DNA of 64,000 nt from a bacterium (GTDB lineage: Bacteria; Krumholzibacteriota; Krumholzibacteriia; G020349025), in NCBI GenBank assembly GCA_031362565.1, contig JANLSU010000111.1, positions 1 through 64,000 on the forward strand, written 5' to 3'. Within the stretch, counting starts at the first letter, position 1; each line of letters begins with the position of its first letter. Below are positions 9,273 through 19,072 of the stretch, one piece after another. Below the pieces are notes generated by a model. It did no database searches. It saw nothing but the letters and a program-made list of their open reading frames with translations, and had not been told where the DNA came from. A program made the translations under genes and the position numbers.

Positions 9273-10643
9273 ATGGGAGCACTTGCCGCCGAAACGCGGC
9301 ACCGCGCCGATGTGGATCGGCCCCTCGATTCACGCACCGTGTTCGCCACCTGGCTGCCGCTGGCCGCCAGCTGGTTGCTCATGGGTCTCGAGTTACCGCT
9401 CATCAGCGCAGTCATGGCGCGACTCCCGCAGGCGACCGTGAATCTCGCGGCTTATGGTGGCGTCGTCTTTCCCTGCGCACTGCTTATCGAATCGCCGATC
9501 ATCATGTTGCTGGCGGCCTCGACGGCGGTATGCCGGGATCGGCAGGCGTACGCGCTCGTGCAACGGTTCATGTTCGTCGCCGGGGGATCACTGACGTTGC
9601 TGCACGCGCTCGTGGCGTTCACGCCGCTCTTCGACGTCGTCGCCGGAACCATTTTAGGCGTGCCACCCGAGACCCGCGAACCAGCGCGGCTTGGACTGCG
9701 CTTGATGCTTCCTTGGACGCTCAGCATCGCTTACCGGCGGACGCAACAGGGCGTGCTCATCCGCTTCCATCGGCCACACGCGGTGACCATCGGGACTGCA
9801 ATTCGGCTCGGCACGAACGCCGCTGTACTCGGGATCGGCGCCCGGCACGGCGGGCTGTCCGGTATCGCGGTAGGAGCTGGGGCGGTGGCTTGTGGCGTCG
9901 TCGCGGAGGCGATTTACGCCGGTTGGGCCGTGCGCCCGATCGTCGGGCGCGAGATGCCGGCCATCGGAGCCGGTCCGCCACTGACGTTGCGCGCTTTTCT
10001 GCACTTCTATCTGCCGCTTTCGGCGACGCCGCTCATCGGCTTCCTCGCCATGCCGCTCTCCGCGGCGGGGATGAGCCGCATGCCGCTCGCGCTGGAGAGC
10101 CTGGCCATCTGGCCGGTGCTTACCGGGGTGACCTTCACCCTGCGCAGCCTGGGGTTCGCGTTCAACGAAGTCGTCGTGTCGCAACTCGATCATCAGTTTG
10201 CGGTGCGGACATTGCGGCGATTCGCGTTCGTGTTGTCGGCAGCGTCTTCCGGCGTGCTGCTCCTCGCCGCCGCCACGCCGCTCGGCTGGCTGTGGTTTGG
10301 CCGCGTGTCGGCATTGCCGTCCGCTCTCGCTGGTCTCGCGGCGAGCGCGCTTTGGATCATGGTGCCGCTGCCGGCGCTCGCGGTGTGGCAAAGTTGGTGG
10401 CAAGGGACGCTCGTGCATTCGCGGCGCACGCGCGGAGTGACCGAGTCGGTGGTGGTGTTGCTCGCGGCGACCTTGCTTCCATTGGGGGCCGGCGTGGCTT
10501 TCCATGCCGCGCCGGGCATTCTCTTTGCCGCCGCCGCCTTCACGCTCGGGAACGGCGCGCAGGCCGCCTGGCTGGCGAGGCGCGCGCGCGGCGAGATCGC
10601 GCACCTCGAAGCGCGCGATGCGCTCGCCGCCGACGGGTCATGA
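9273..10643 (+). CDS. MATE/ANKH-like (MOP superfamily) membrane transporter
   Basis: About 12 hydrophobic segments in two similar halves (WLPLAASWLL / YLPLSATPLI). Confidence 0.65.
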   Translation: MGALAAETRHRADVDRPLDSRTVFATWLPLAASWLLMGLELPLISAVMARLPQATVNLAAYGGVVFPCALLIESPIIMLLAASTAVCRDRQAYALVQRFMFVAGGSLTLLHALVAFTPLFDVVAGTILGVPPETREPARLGLRLMLPWTLSIAYRRTQQGVLIRFHRPHAVTIGTAIRLGTNAAVLGIGARHGGLSGIAVGAGAVACGVVAEAIYAGWAVRPIVGREMPAIGAGPPLTLRAFLHFYLPLSATPLIGFLAMPLSAAGMSRMPLALESLAIWPVLTGVTFTLRSLGFAFNEVVVSQLDHQFAVRTLRRFAFVLSAASSGVLLLAAATPLGWLWFGRVSALPSALAGLAASALWIMVPLPALAVWQSWWQGTLVHSRRTRGVTESVVVLLAATLLPLGAGVAFHAAPGILFAAAAFTLGNGAQAAWLARRARGEIAHLEARDALAADGS

Positions 10644-10648
10644 GGGCC

Positions 10649-11490
10649 TCAGTCGCGGGGCCAACCCACGGCCGCCGCAAGCGCCGGGTCGGTGCCGGCG
10701 CGGAAATCGGCCCACGTCGGCGCGATATAGATGTCGGGTTCAGGAAGTTGTTGCCGCCGACATTGCGCCGTAAGTCGACGATCAGCCGGTCGACGCTGGC
10801 GGAATCGACACACGCAAACATTCGCCCGAAGAAACCCTCCAGAGGATCCGGTGCGCGTCGAGCAGCGTCAGTGTGACTTGGAGCGGCGCCAGGTCCTCGT
10901 CCTTGCGCACGTCCTCGATGCAGCGGTAGCCCAGCGCGAAGGCACGCTCCAGCCAGCGCATTGCCGCCACCTTGTCCCCCAAGCGCGCATAGCAGCAGGC
11001 AATGTTGTACGGCGGGTCGAAGGGGAAGCCGGCCCCGGACTCCGCCGAGCGCTCGAAGACCGCGATGGCAGCCCGGTCGTCACCGTTGTGGTGCAACGAC
11101 AGGGCGAGGAAGTCCCACGCATCGGGGTCATACGGGTTGAGCGTGGTCAGTTGGCGGTAGGCGGCGGCGGCCTCGGCCCATTTCTTCGCGGTGAATGCCG
11201 CTTCGCCATCGCGATGCAGGCGCAACGTCTGGACGACGAGCGAATCGGGGGCGATGGGTGCCGGCCCCAACCGCTGCGGCGATGCCTGTGGGACGGCGGC
11301 ATCCCCGCTCAACCCAAGGTCGGCCGCCCACTTGCGTGCCGCAGTGTGGGCGGCGATCGATTCGCCCGCGCGCCGAGCCCGCGTCACTAGCGGCCAGCGC
11401 TGCCCCAGGCGCGGTGGCCAGCAGCAGCACGAGCACGGCCACTATAAGAAGAGGTGAACCTGTACGACGGACAGGGCTCGCGGTCGACAT
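10649..11490 (-). pseudogene. Fragmented secreted TPR + S41-family peptidase
   Basis: Pieces in different frames: signal peptide from 11490; TPRs (10782-11387 frame, YNIACCYARLG); DRLIVDLRRNVGGNN (10540-10821 frame); C-terminal PDIYIAPTWADFRAGTDPAL...* ending at 10649. Catalytic core absent. Confidence 0.7.
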
Positions 11491-11508
11491 GGAGTTGGGA
11501 GCCGATCG

Positions 11509-12111
11509 TCAAGCTCGACGGGATCTCCGAGCGTTTCCACTCACGGCATCAGGCCATCCCAACCGTCGCGATCGGGCCGGTTCCCGGAGGCTGCCGCTCG
11601 CTGCGTGGCCTGTGCCTCGCAGGTATGGGCGAAGATGGTCCGCCAGAAACGGCTCGAGCCGCTGGCGCTCGGTCTCGGAGAGATGCTTGAAACCGCGGAT
11701 GGGCCCGAGGCAATGCACACTCCCGCACCGGCAGTCGAAGGGCTCCGCCATGTCGTATTCGGTCGTGTTGTAGTTGAACGTCACGCCTTCCCAAGGCGCG
11801 AAGTCACGGAGCGCGATGACGTCCATCCCTTGGATGAAGGCGTTGGGATCGCAGCTGTGGTTCATGAACCGCCAGAAGTAGCGGTCGAGAATCTGCTCGG
11901 CGGTCAGTCCGGGGCTCACTTCCAAGTGCTGGTCTTCGCCGATCTGGACGGTGTAGCGCGTCGGGTCAGGCGAGGGCTCGCCCTCCATCCGGAACAACCG
12001 CTCGCCCGCATCGAAGGCGCGAGCTGTGACCAGACGGTATTCGCCCTCCACTCGGACCACGCCGACACTGGGCTTCGTGACTGCCTCGATCAACTGAGTT
12101 TGACGTTTCAT
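11509..12111 (-). CDS. SET-domain lysine methyltransferase-like protein with post-SET
   Basis: RFMNHSCDPN, ALRD...VTFNY and post-SET FDCRCGSVHCLG. Start MKRQ at 12111. Confidence 0.9.
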   Translation of the reverse strand: MKRQTQLIEAVTKPSVGVVRVEGEYRLVTARAFDAGERLFRMEGEPSPDPTRYTVQIGEDQHLEVSPGLTAEQILDRYFWRFMNHSCDPNAFIQGMDVIALRDFAPWEGVTFNYNTTEYDMAEPFDCRCGSVHCLGPIRGFKHLSETERQRLEPFLADHLRPYLRGTGHAASGSLREPARSRRLGWPDAVSGNARRSRRA

Positions 12112-12244
12112 GCTTCCATATATAACAAGTCGGCGCCGATTGCATAGGGGGAAAGTGTTCAAAAGATCATTTTGTGGACCGATCGAACCATCGCGATAGA
12201 GTTCTGATAGCGATAGAGGACCCGACGATGCGGTTCGCGCTGAT

Positions 12245-14548
12245 CTAGTCGCCGGCCACGGCGTGCCCGGCGGTGGAGCGGGCCGTGCGGAAACGTTCGC
12301 CATGGAGGGCCATGAGCACTTTTTCCGGCGTGATCGGTGCTGAGAAGGCGAAACGTGCCGCTGGATTTGCCTGGAGGACGGCGTCGCGGACCGCGAAGTA
12401 GGCGCCGATGCCATAGAGAAGCGGTGGTTCGCCGACGGCCTTCGATCCGAAGAGGGCGGTAGGCGGTCCCTCGGTGTCGAGGGCATGGATCTCGAGCCGC
12501 GCGGGGGCGGCATACACATCGGGCACCTTATAGGTTGAAAGAGCATTGGTGCGGAGCCGGCCTTCGGTGTCGAAGAGCAGCTCTTCCATGGTCATCCAGC
12601 CGATGCCTTGCACGATGCCGCCCTCGGTTTGCCCGCGGTCGACGATTTCGTTCATGCTGCGGCCGAAATCATGCATGGCGATGACGGTTTCGATCTCGTA
12701 CCGGCCGCGGACGACGTCCAAGCGCGCGACGATCGCGGCCGTACCATAGACGTGGTACGAGAACGGGGCGCCCTTGCCGGTCGTCCAGTCGAAGTGCACA
12801 CCCGGTGTCGCGTAGTGGGCGTGTTCGGAGAGCGCGATCCGGGCAAAATAGGCTTCCCGGACAAGCTCTACCCATTCGAGGGCCGTGGCAGTGGCGCCAT
12901 CATGCACGCGCTCGGCCCGCAGAACCAAACCGGCGGCGGTGGGCCGTCCCAAACGCCGGGCGGCGAATTCCAAGAGCCGCGCGCCTATGGCCTCACAAGC
13001 CTCTTCGACCGCCTTGCCGTTCAAGTCGGCACTGGCGCTCGCCGCCGACGGGGACGTGTTGGCGGCCCGCGTCGTATTCGTCGTCTCGACCCGCACTCGC
13101 CCGGTGTCGATGCCGAGGGTGATGGCCGCCGTCTGCGTGATCTTAGTGTTGACCCCCTGGCCCATCTCGACGGCACCCGTCGAAACCCCAACACTGCCAT
13201 CCTGATAGACATGCACGAGAGCGTTCGCCTGATTCATTAAAGTCTTGGTGAACGAGATGCCGAAGCAGATTGGCATCAGCGCCAGGCCCTTTTTCTCGAC
13301 CGTGTGCGACGCGTTGAATGCCTGAACGTCGGTGCGGAGCTGCCCGAGGTCTCCGGCGCGCTCGAGCCCATCCCAGGTCGGCCGCGCATTGCAGCCGGTG
13401 GCCCGCTGGCCATAAGGGAATTCGTCGCCCTCTTGCAGGAGGTTCCGCCGCTGGATGTCGGCGCGGTCGATGCCGAGCGCCTCGGCCGCATGCGCGATCG
13501 CCGCTTCGATGACGAACATGCCCTGCGGGCCGCCGAAGCCGCGAAAAGCGGTATGCGGCACGACGTTGGTGCGGCAGCTATAGGCCGTGGCATGCGCATT
13601 CGGCACGAAGTAGGTGTTGGTATGATGGAAGAGGGTGCGTTCGAGGACCGCCGGTGACAGGTCGGCCGCCGCACCACCATCCTGATAGAACGTGACCTCG
13701 TAGGCCAGGATCCGCAGGTCCGCCGCAAGTCCGATCTTATAGTCGGAGGTATACGGATGGCGCTTGCCGGTCATGCGCATGTCGTCCATGCGATGCAGCG
13801 CGATCTTGACCGGGCGCTTGGTATGGAGCGCCCCAAGCGCCGCCAAGACCGCCCACGTCGTCGCCTGGTCCTCCTTGCCGCCGAACCCGCCGCCCAAGCG
13901 CGTCACGTCGACCTCGATGCGATGCATCGGAACGCCCAGGACGCGGGCCGCGGTCCTTTGCACCGCCGTCGGCCCCTGGGTCGAAGAGTGAATGCGAATG
14001 CCGCCGGCTTCCGTACACCAGGCGTAGGCGCCTTGGGTCTCGATATAGAGATGCTCCTGGCCGCCGGTATCGGCCCGGCCCTCGAAGACGTGCACGCAGT
14101 CGCGCCACGCCGCATCGACGTCACCCAAGCGAAAGCTCTTCGGCGGGACGAGCAGTTCTCCCTGTCGTGCCGCCTCGCGCGGATCGAGGATGGCCGGCAA
14201 CGGATCGATCGCAGCCTGCATGGCGGCCGCGCCGGCGCGTGCGGCCGCGTCGGAGGATGCCAGCACGAGCGCAATGGGCTGGCCGCAGAAGTGGACTTGG
14301 CCGTCGGCCAGCAACGGCTCGTCAGGCACGATGCCGCCGATCTGATTGGCGCCCGGAATGTCGGCCGCGGTCAGTACCGCAATGACACCGGGGACCGCGA
14401 TGGCGCCGCTCGGATCGATGCGGCGCAAAACGCCGTGGGCGACAGGTGAGGCAAAGACCGCACCGTGCAACGTGCCGGTGAGTTCCGGGACGTCGTCCAG
14501 GTAGATGGACTCGCCGCGCAAGTGGCCCCAGGAATCGATGTTCTTCAC
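12245..14548 (-). CDS. xdhB: Xanthine dehydrogenase molybdopterin-binding subunit
   Basis: QEHLYIE, RLGGGFGGKE, TAFRGFGGPQG, EMGQG and catalytic SKAVGEPP. Confidence 0.95.
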   Translation of the reverse strand: MKNIDSWGHLRGESIYLDDVPELTGTLHGAVFASPVAHGVLRRIDPSGAIAVPGVIAVLTAADIPGANQIGGIVPDEPLLADGQVHFCGQPIALVLASSDAAARAGAAAMQAAIDPLPAILDPREAARQGELLVPPKSFRLGDVDAAWRDCVHVFEGRADTGGQEHLYIETQGAYAWCTEAGGIRIHSSTQGPTAVQRTAARVLGVPMHRIEVDVTRLGGGFGGKEDQATTWAVLAALGALHTKRPVKIALHRMDDMRMTGKRHPYTSDYKIGLAADLRILAYEVTFYQDGGAAADLSPAVLERTLFHHTNTYFVPNAHATAYSCRTNVVPHTAFRGFGGPQGMFVIEAAIAHAAEALGIDRADIQRRNLLQEGDEFPYGQRATGCNARPTWDGLERAGDLGQLRTDVQAFNASHTVEKKGLALMPICFGISFTKTLMNQANALVHVYQDGSVGVSTGAVEMGQGVNTKITQTAAITLGIDTGRVRVETTNTTRAANTSPSAASASADLNGKAVEEACEAIGARLLEFAARRLGRPTAAGLVLRAERVHDGATATALEWVELVREAYFARIALSEHAHYATPGVHFDWTTGKGAPFSYHVYGTAAIVARLDVVRGRYEIETVIAMHDFGRSMNEIVDRGQTEGGIVQGIGWMTMEELLFDTEGRLRTNALSTYKVPDVYAAPARLEIHALDTEGPPTALFGSKAVGEPPLLYGIGAYFAVRDAVLQANPAARFAFSAPITPEKVLMALHGERFRTARSTAGHAVAGD

Positions 14549-15996
14549 GCCAGTTCCTCCCAGCGAACGCGTTCCGGGAAGAGCGTCAAGAAGTGGGCGT
14601 AGACGAGCTGCTGCAGGAGGAGCGCCTTGTATTCGGCGGAGCCTCGGGCGTCGGAGATGGGCGCGATCTCGCTGACCGCGAGCGCCGCAGCCTCACCGGC
14701 GGTTGCTGCATCCACGCGCCGCCCCGCCAGGAAGGCGCTCGTCTTGGCGAGGAAGAATGGCACTGGCGCGACGCCGCCGGCGGACAAGGCCGCGCCGGTG
14801 ATGACGCTCCCGTCCGTTTCGAATCGCGCCGCCGTATTGACGCTCGCGATGTCGAGATGGGTGCGCTTGCACACCTTTTCGAAGTTGAATGCGGTGCGGG
14901 CGTCCGGGCAGGCGAATGAAACGGCCGCGATGAACTCGTCGCCCTCACGGTCGAGCGTCTTGTAGCTCTTGTAGAAGCGCCGCAATGGCAGTGTCCGGGT
15001 CCCCGCGGGCCCGGCCAGATGGACTTCGGCCCCGAGTCCCAGGAGCAAGATGGTCATGTCGCCGATGGGCGAGGCGTTCGACAAGTTGCCGCCCACGGTC
15101 GCCATGTTGCGGATCGGCGACGAAGCGACCCATTCCAAGAAGAGGCCAACGCGTGGTACCAGGCGCTGTATGTCGGGCGATTCGACGAATTCGCTGAACG
15201 TCGTCGCGGCGCCGACTTCGCAGCGGCCGTCGCGCAGACGCACGCCGCGCCACGCGGCATGGTCGAACGTCGGGTGGAGTGCCGAGTGCTCCATGGCTTC
15301 AGGCCGTTGGACATAGAGATCCGTGCCGCCGCCGACGGCGACCGGTGCATGATTGACGGTCGCCTTGCCGGTCGCGGCCGGTAGTGGTCCGGGGGCCGCG
15401 GCCGCCGCCGGGATGAACTGCGCCAGCCGGCGCGGGATGCTGCGGAACGATTGCGGCACGTACCCCTGCGTCACGAGCCATTCGAGGCGGTTTGCACCCG
15501 GGCGATCGGCGAGCGCGCGCGTCAAGCGCGCCGCCGCCCGTTCAATACTCTTGTAACCCGTGCAGCGGCAGATGTTGCCATCGATCGCGGCCCGGGCGGC
15601 GCCGTCCGACGGTTGCCGTGCATCGAGGCAGTAGCCCGCGAGCGAGACCACGAACCCCACCGTACAGAACCCGCACTGCGTCGCGCCTTCGTCGGCCATG
15701 GCCTGCTGCACCGGCGACAACGCATCGGGGAGGTTCAGGCCTTCGATCGTCACGACGTGCTTGGCCTGGACGTTGGCGAGCGGCAACAGGCACGAGGTCA
15801 TCGCGCGGTAGACGACATCCGCGCCATCCAGAGTTCCGACGAGCACCGTGCAGGCGCCGCAGTCGCCTTCGCGGCAGCCGATCTTGGTGCCGCACATCCG
15901 CCGAGCGCCGCGCACGAAATCGAGCACCGTCATCCCCGGGCTCGCGTCCGTCGCCACATCCGCGTCGTTCAAGACGAACCGTAGAGGCGTAGTCAT
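14545..15996 (-). CDS. xdhA: Xanthine dehydrogenase small subunit (2x[2Fe-2S] + FAD)
   Basis: GTKIGCREGDCGACT, QCGFCTVG, GNICRCTGY, GGGTDL and NASPIGD; GTGA overlap with xdhB. Confidence 0.95.
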   Translation of the reverse strand: MTTPLRFVLNDADVATDASPGMTVLDFVRGARRMCGTKIGCREGDCGACTVLVGTLDGADVVYRAMTSCLLPLANVQAKHVVTIEGLNLPDALSPVQQAMADEGATQCGFCTVGFVVSLAGYCLDARQPSDGAARAAIDGNICRCTGYKSIERAAARLTRALADRPGANRLEWLVTQGYVPQSFRSIPRRLAQFIPAAAAAPGPLPAATGKATVNHAPVAVGGGTDLYVQRPEAMEHSALHPTFDHAAWRGVRLRDGRCEVGAATTFSEFVESPDIQRLVPRVGLFLEWVASSPIRNMATVGGNLSNASPIGDMTILLLGLGAEVHLAGPAGTRTLPLRRFYKSYKTLDREGDEFIAAVSFACPDARTAFNFEKVCKRTHLDIASVNTAARFETDGSVITGAALSAGGVAPVPFFLAKTSAFLAGRRVDAATAGEAAALAVSEIAPISDARGSAEYKALLLQQLVYAHFLTLFPERVRWEELA

Positions 15997-16023
15997 GTGG
16001 AAAAGATATCACACGCCCGAGCG

Positions 16024-16056
16024 GCCCTGCGCCCGCCCTGCGCCCGCCTTGCGCCC
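16024..16056. repeat. Three 11-bp tandem direct repeats in the xdhA divergent promoter
   Basis: GCCCTGCGCCC GCCCTGCGCCC GCCTTGCGCCC. Confidence 0.8.
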
Positions 16057-16131
16057 GCCGCGGCGCCAAGGTTAGCGTGGGCGCGGATCGCCATCGAGCC
16101 CTCGCACCATCGCCCCAAGGAGGTTCGCCGC

Positions 16132-16554
16132 ATGAAAGCGTGGATTTGGGTCACTGCAGCAGGGCTCGCCGTGAGTGGCTGCTCGGGAGAGGTCCGGACG
16201 ACGAGCCAGGGCGACGACTTGTCGTCGCAGCGCACGACGACTGCGGCGACGCTGCACACGAACAAGGACGACGTGTTGCTCGAGCAAGGCCGCAAGGCGG
16301 CCTCGGTCGGCGAATACGCGACCGCCGCGGGGCGCTTCGAAGCCGTCTATCAGCATTTGGATGCGGGACCGGAGCGGCGCGCCAACGCGCTCTATCACCT
16401 GGGGCTCGTGCAGTCGAATCTGCTCAACACCAAGCGCGACTCGCAGCAGGCCATGGCAACATTCCGGAAGCTCCTGGACGAGTTCCCGAAGTCCGATAAG
16501 CGCGATGCAACCGAGCAAGCCATCGCCGGCCTGCAGAAGAGCGGCACGAAGTAG
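16132..16554 (+). CDS. TPR lipoprotein (BamD/CpoB-like TPR)
   Basis: AAGGAGG RBS, lipobox VSGC, ANALYHLG...FRKLLDEFPKS. Confidence 0.8.
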   Translation: MKAWIWVTAAGLAVSGCSGEVRTTSQGDDLSSQRTTTAATLHTNKDDVLLEQGRKAASVGEYATAAGRFEAVYQHLDAGPERRANALYHLGLVQSNLLNTKRDSQQAMATFRKLLDEFPKSDKRDATEQAIAGLQKSGTK

Positions 16555-16566
16555 GCGGAACGAAGT

Positions 16567-19068
16567 TCAGTGGACGTGGATGACGCGACGGGTGACGTTG
16601 CCGGCGTCGGAGTCGAGGCGCACGAGGTAGGCGCCGGCGGCGACACTGCGGCCGGCCGAGTCGCGTCCATCCCAGGCGATCTCCTGCGTGCCTTGGCCGA
16701 TGCCCGTCGCGAGAACGCGCACGAGCCGGCCATCGACGCCGTACACCGCCGCCCGGAACACCGTCGGGACCCGGAACGAAGCGCGGAATGACGTCGTGCC
16801 GACGAACGGATTCGCCCCCGATGCCGCGAATTCGACCGCCGGTTGGTGGCCGGCAAGCGGCCCCGCATCGGTCGTGTCGTTGGGATACACGAGCACCTTG
16901 ATATCGTCGACATGCCAGCCGTCGGCCACCGTACCCGTGTCGCTCGTCGAGCGGAAACGCAGGCGCAGGTTCGATAGGCCGGCGTACGCCGAGAGATCGA
17001 TGACTTCCGGCGTCATGAAGAGTTGCGTCATGTCGTAGCCCGGTACGCCGAGCGTTTGGGTGCCGCCGGTGTAGTTGCCGGTCGTGCCGTGGCCGGGACG
17101 CGTATTGCGGCCTGCGACTGCCGTCCAGGTGCTGCCGTTCGTCGATACCTCGACGCGTCCAAAGTCGTAGCCACCCTCGTACGACCACTGCGTATTGAAG
17201 GTCAGAAACGCCTTCGCGCCACCGCTCAAATTGAGCAGCGGGGTCAACGTCAAGCGCGTGTCGACGTTATCGGCGTAGTTGCCGAACGGCGAGTCCGAGA
17301 ACTGCGGGTTGGCGGCGACCGTTTGAATCCCCCAGCTCGTGGCACCCGCGGTCACGGTCCAGTTCGCGAGGCCGCCCGACGCGTTGTCCTGGAACACCAC
17401 GACCGGCTGTCCAACGGTGATTGTTGTCGTATCTCGCAGCGTGTAGGTGCCTTGGTCGGTGATCTGCAGATAGATGGGCACAACGGTGCCCGCCGGTACG
17501 CTTGCCGCGGCACTGATGCCCAGGCGGTCGCCGGCGGACGCCCCGGCCGCGCCTGGAGCGAGTGCAGCGTACGTCGCCGTCGCGTCGGTGATGGTGATGC
17601 CGGCCGCCGCCGTCGATGCGGTCACGGTCACGGCGCCATTCGTCGCATCCAACCCCAGGTTCTTGAGCGTCACATCGACTTCCGCCGACCCGTTCGGGTG
17701 CAACCAGCCATCGGTCGAAACGAGTGTGGTCCCGTCGCTCCGCACGTAGGGTCCCGCCGCGTACGACAGGACAACGTTGGACCGGAACTGCGAGTGGGCG
17801 AGCGGCACGATGCGCGATGCCGCCGGCCAAAAACCATCGTCCTGATTGCCGCACTCGGTCGTGACTGCGATCACCTTCGGCTTCGATACCTGGTCCCCGT
17901 ACAGCCAATCGTTCGAATCGCCATTCACCGGGTACAGCAGGTCGACCGGAATTCCGTAGGCGTAGAACGCGTCACGCGCCATGTCGTCGGCGAGCGCGAT
18001 GAAGACGCCCGAATCCGGCGAGTTGGCGCCGTTGTAGGCCCACGGATACAACGTGCCCTCGAAGTACGTGTGGTAGTTGTTCGAAGTTCGGAACCCGTGC
18101 AAGATGGCGAAGTCGCGCAGTCCCTGCGTTTCCGGTTCGCTGAAAGCGGACGGACCCCGATACGTGGTACTCGCCGGCGACGGCGACGACCCGGAGCTGT
18201 CGAAGCCCCACTGGAACCCGTAGTTGCGGTTCAAATCGACGCCGTCTTGGGTGTTGATAATGCCGTTGGCGTCGTTGTCGCGGGCGTTCTTGCGCCACAG
18301 CCCGGGGGTGCCGGTGTTGGTCCAAGTCGTTTGGTTGATCAAATAGCCGTCGGGATTCATGAGCGGCACGAACCAGATCTCGCGATTGTTGACCAGGTAG
18401 GTCAGATTCGGATCGACCCCGTAGCCTTGCAGCAGCTTGTTTATGAAGTAGATCAGGACCTGCATGCCTTCCGGCTCGCGGGCATGCGTGAGACCCGTGA
18501 AGAGGACGCGGGGCCGCGAATGATCCGGTTGGGACTCGTTGGCGATACGCACGGCGCGAACGGCGCGCCCTTGCCGCGACGTCCCGATGGTCACGACACT
18601 CGACACGATGCCGTTGGGATCATTCCCGGCGATGCTGTCGAGATAGGCGTTCACTTCATTGTAATTGTAGAAACCGGCGAACGAGCCGCTGCCGAAAGGC
18701 GGTACGGCGGCGGTCGGTGCGCCAGGCGTTGCTTTGGGCGCCAGGCCGCTGCGGCGAGCGTAGGTCGCGCCTACGTCTTGATCCAAAACGCGCGCCGCGA
18801 ATCCGGCCGCGCGCAACGTCTCCAGGTCACCCGGCCAAGCCAGGATTTGCGCCCAGGCGCCTTGCTTCTGACCGATGAGATCGAGCCCCAACGCCAAGAA
18901 CCGGTCGCGCGCCGCGCCGTCAGCGAGATCGACCTGAACGAGGGAGACAGCCAGTGCGACCGCCACGTCGGGGCGAGCAACGGCAGGCGCGGGCCGCGCC
19001 GGCAGAGCCGCGAGCGACACCGCGAGGATGGTGCATGCGGCGAGGACGCCGCGGGGCGTTGGCTTCAC
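16567..19068 (-). CDS. Secreted M14 zinc carboxypeptidase (carboxypeptidase T-like) with C-terminal FlgD-Ig-type domain
   Basis: Signal peptide; HAREP, NPDG, WRKN, GVDLNRN, SEPET, YHTY; C-terminal GRLVRVL...WDGRDSAGRSVAAGAYLVRL. Confidence 0.9.
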   Translation of the reverse strand: MKPTPRGVLAACTILAVSLAALPARPAPAVARPDVAVALAVSLVQVDLADGAARDRFLALGLDLIGQKQGAWAQILAWPGDLETLRAAGFAARVLDQDVGATYARRSGLAPKATPGAPTAAVPPFGSGSFAGFYNYNEVNAYLDSIAGNDPNGIVSSVVTIGTSRQGRAVRAVRIANESQPDHSRPRVLFTGLTHAREPEGMQVLIYFINKLLQGYGVDPNLTYLVNNREIWFVPLMNPDGYLINQTTWTNTGTPGLWRKNARDNDANGIINTQDGVDLNRNYGFQWGFDSSGSSPSPASTTYRGPSAFSEPETQGLRDFAILHGFRTSNNYHTYFEGTLYPWAYNGANSPDSGVFIALADDMARDAFYAYGIPVDLLYPVNGDSNDWLYGDQVSKPKVIAVTTECGNQDDGFWPAASRIVPLAHSQFRSNVVLSYAAGPYVRSDGTTLVSTDGWLHPNGSAEVDVTLKNLGLDATNGAVTVTASTAAAGITITDATATYAALAPGAAGASAGDRLGISAAASVPAGTVVPIYLQITDQGTYTLRDTTTITVGQPVVVFQDNASGGLANWTVTAGATSWGIQTVAANPQFSDSPFGNYADNVDTRLTLTPLLNLSGGAKAFLTFNTQWSYEGGYDFGRVEVSTNGSTWTAVAGRNTRPGHGTTGNYTGGTQTLGVPGYDMTQLFMTPEVIDLSAYAGLSNLRLRFRSTSDTGTVADGWHVDDIKVLVYPNDTTDAGPLAGHQPAVEFAASGANPFVGTTSFRASFRVPTVFRAAVYGVDGRLVRVLATGIGQGTQEIAWDGRDSAGRSVAAGAYLVRLDSDAGNVTRRVIHVH

Positions 19069-19072
19069 GGCA

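Noticed and set aside
15997..16131. Purine or xanthine riboswitch ahead of xdhA or puuD
   Set aside because: xdhA looks leaderless, the puuD upstream gap is only ~60 nt, and no recognisable aptamer was seen.
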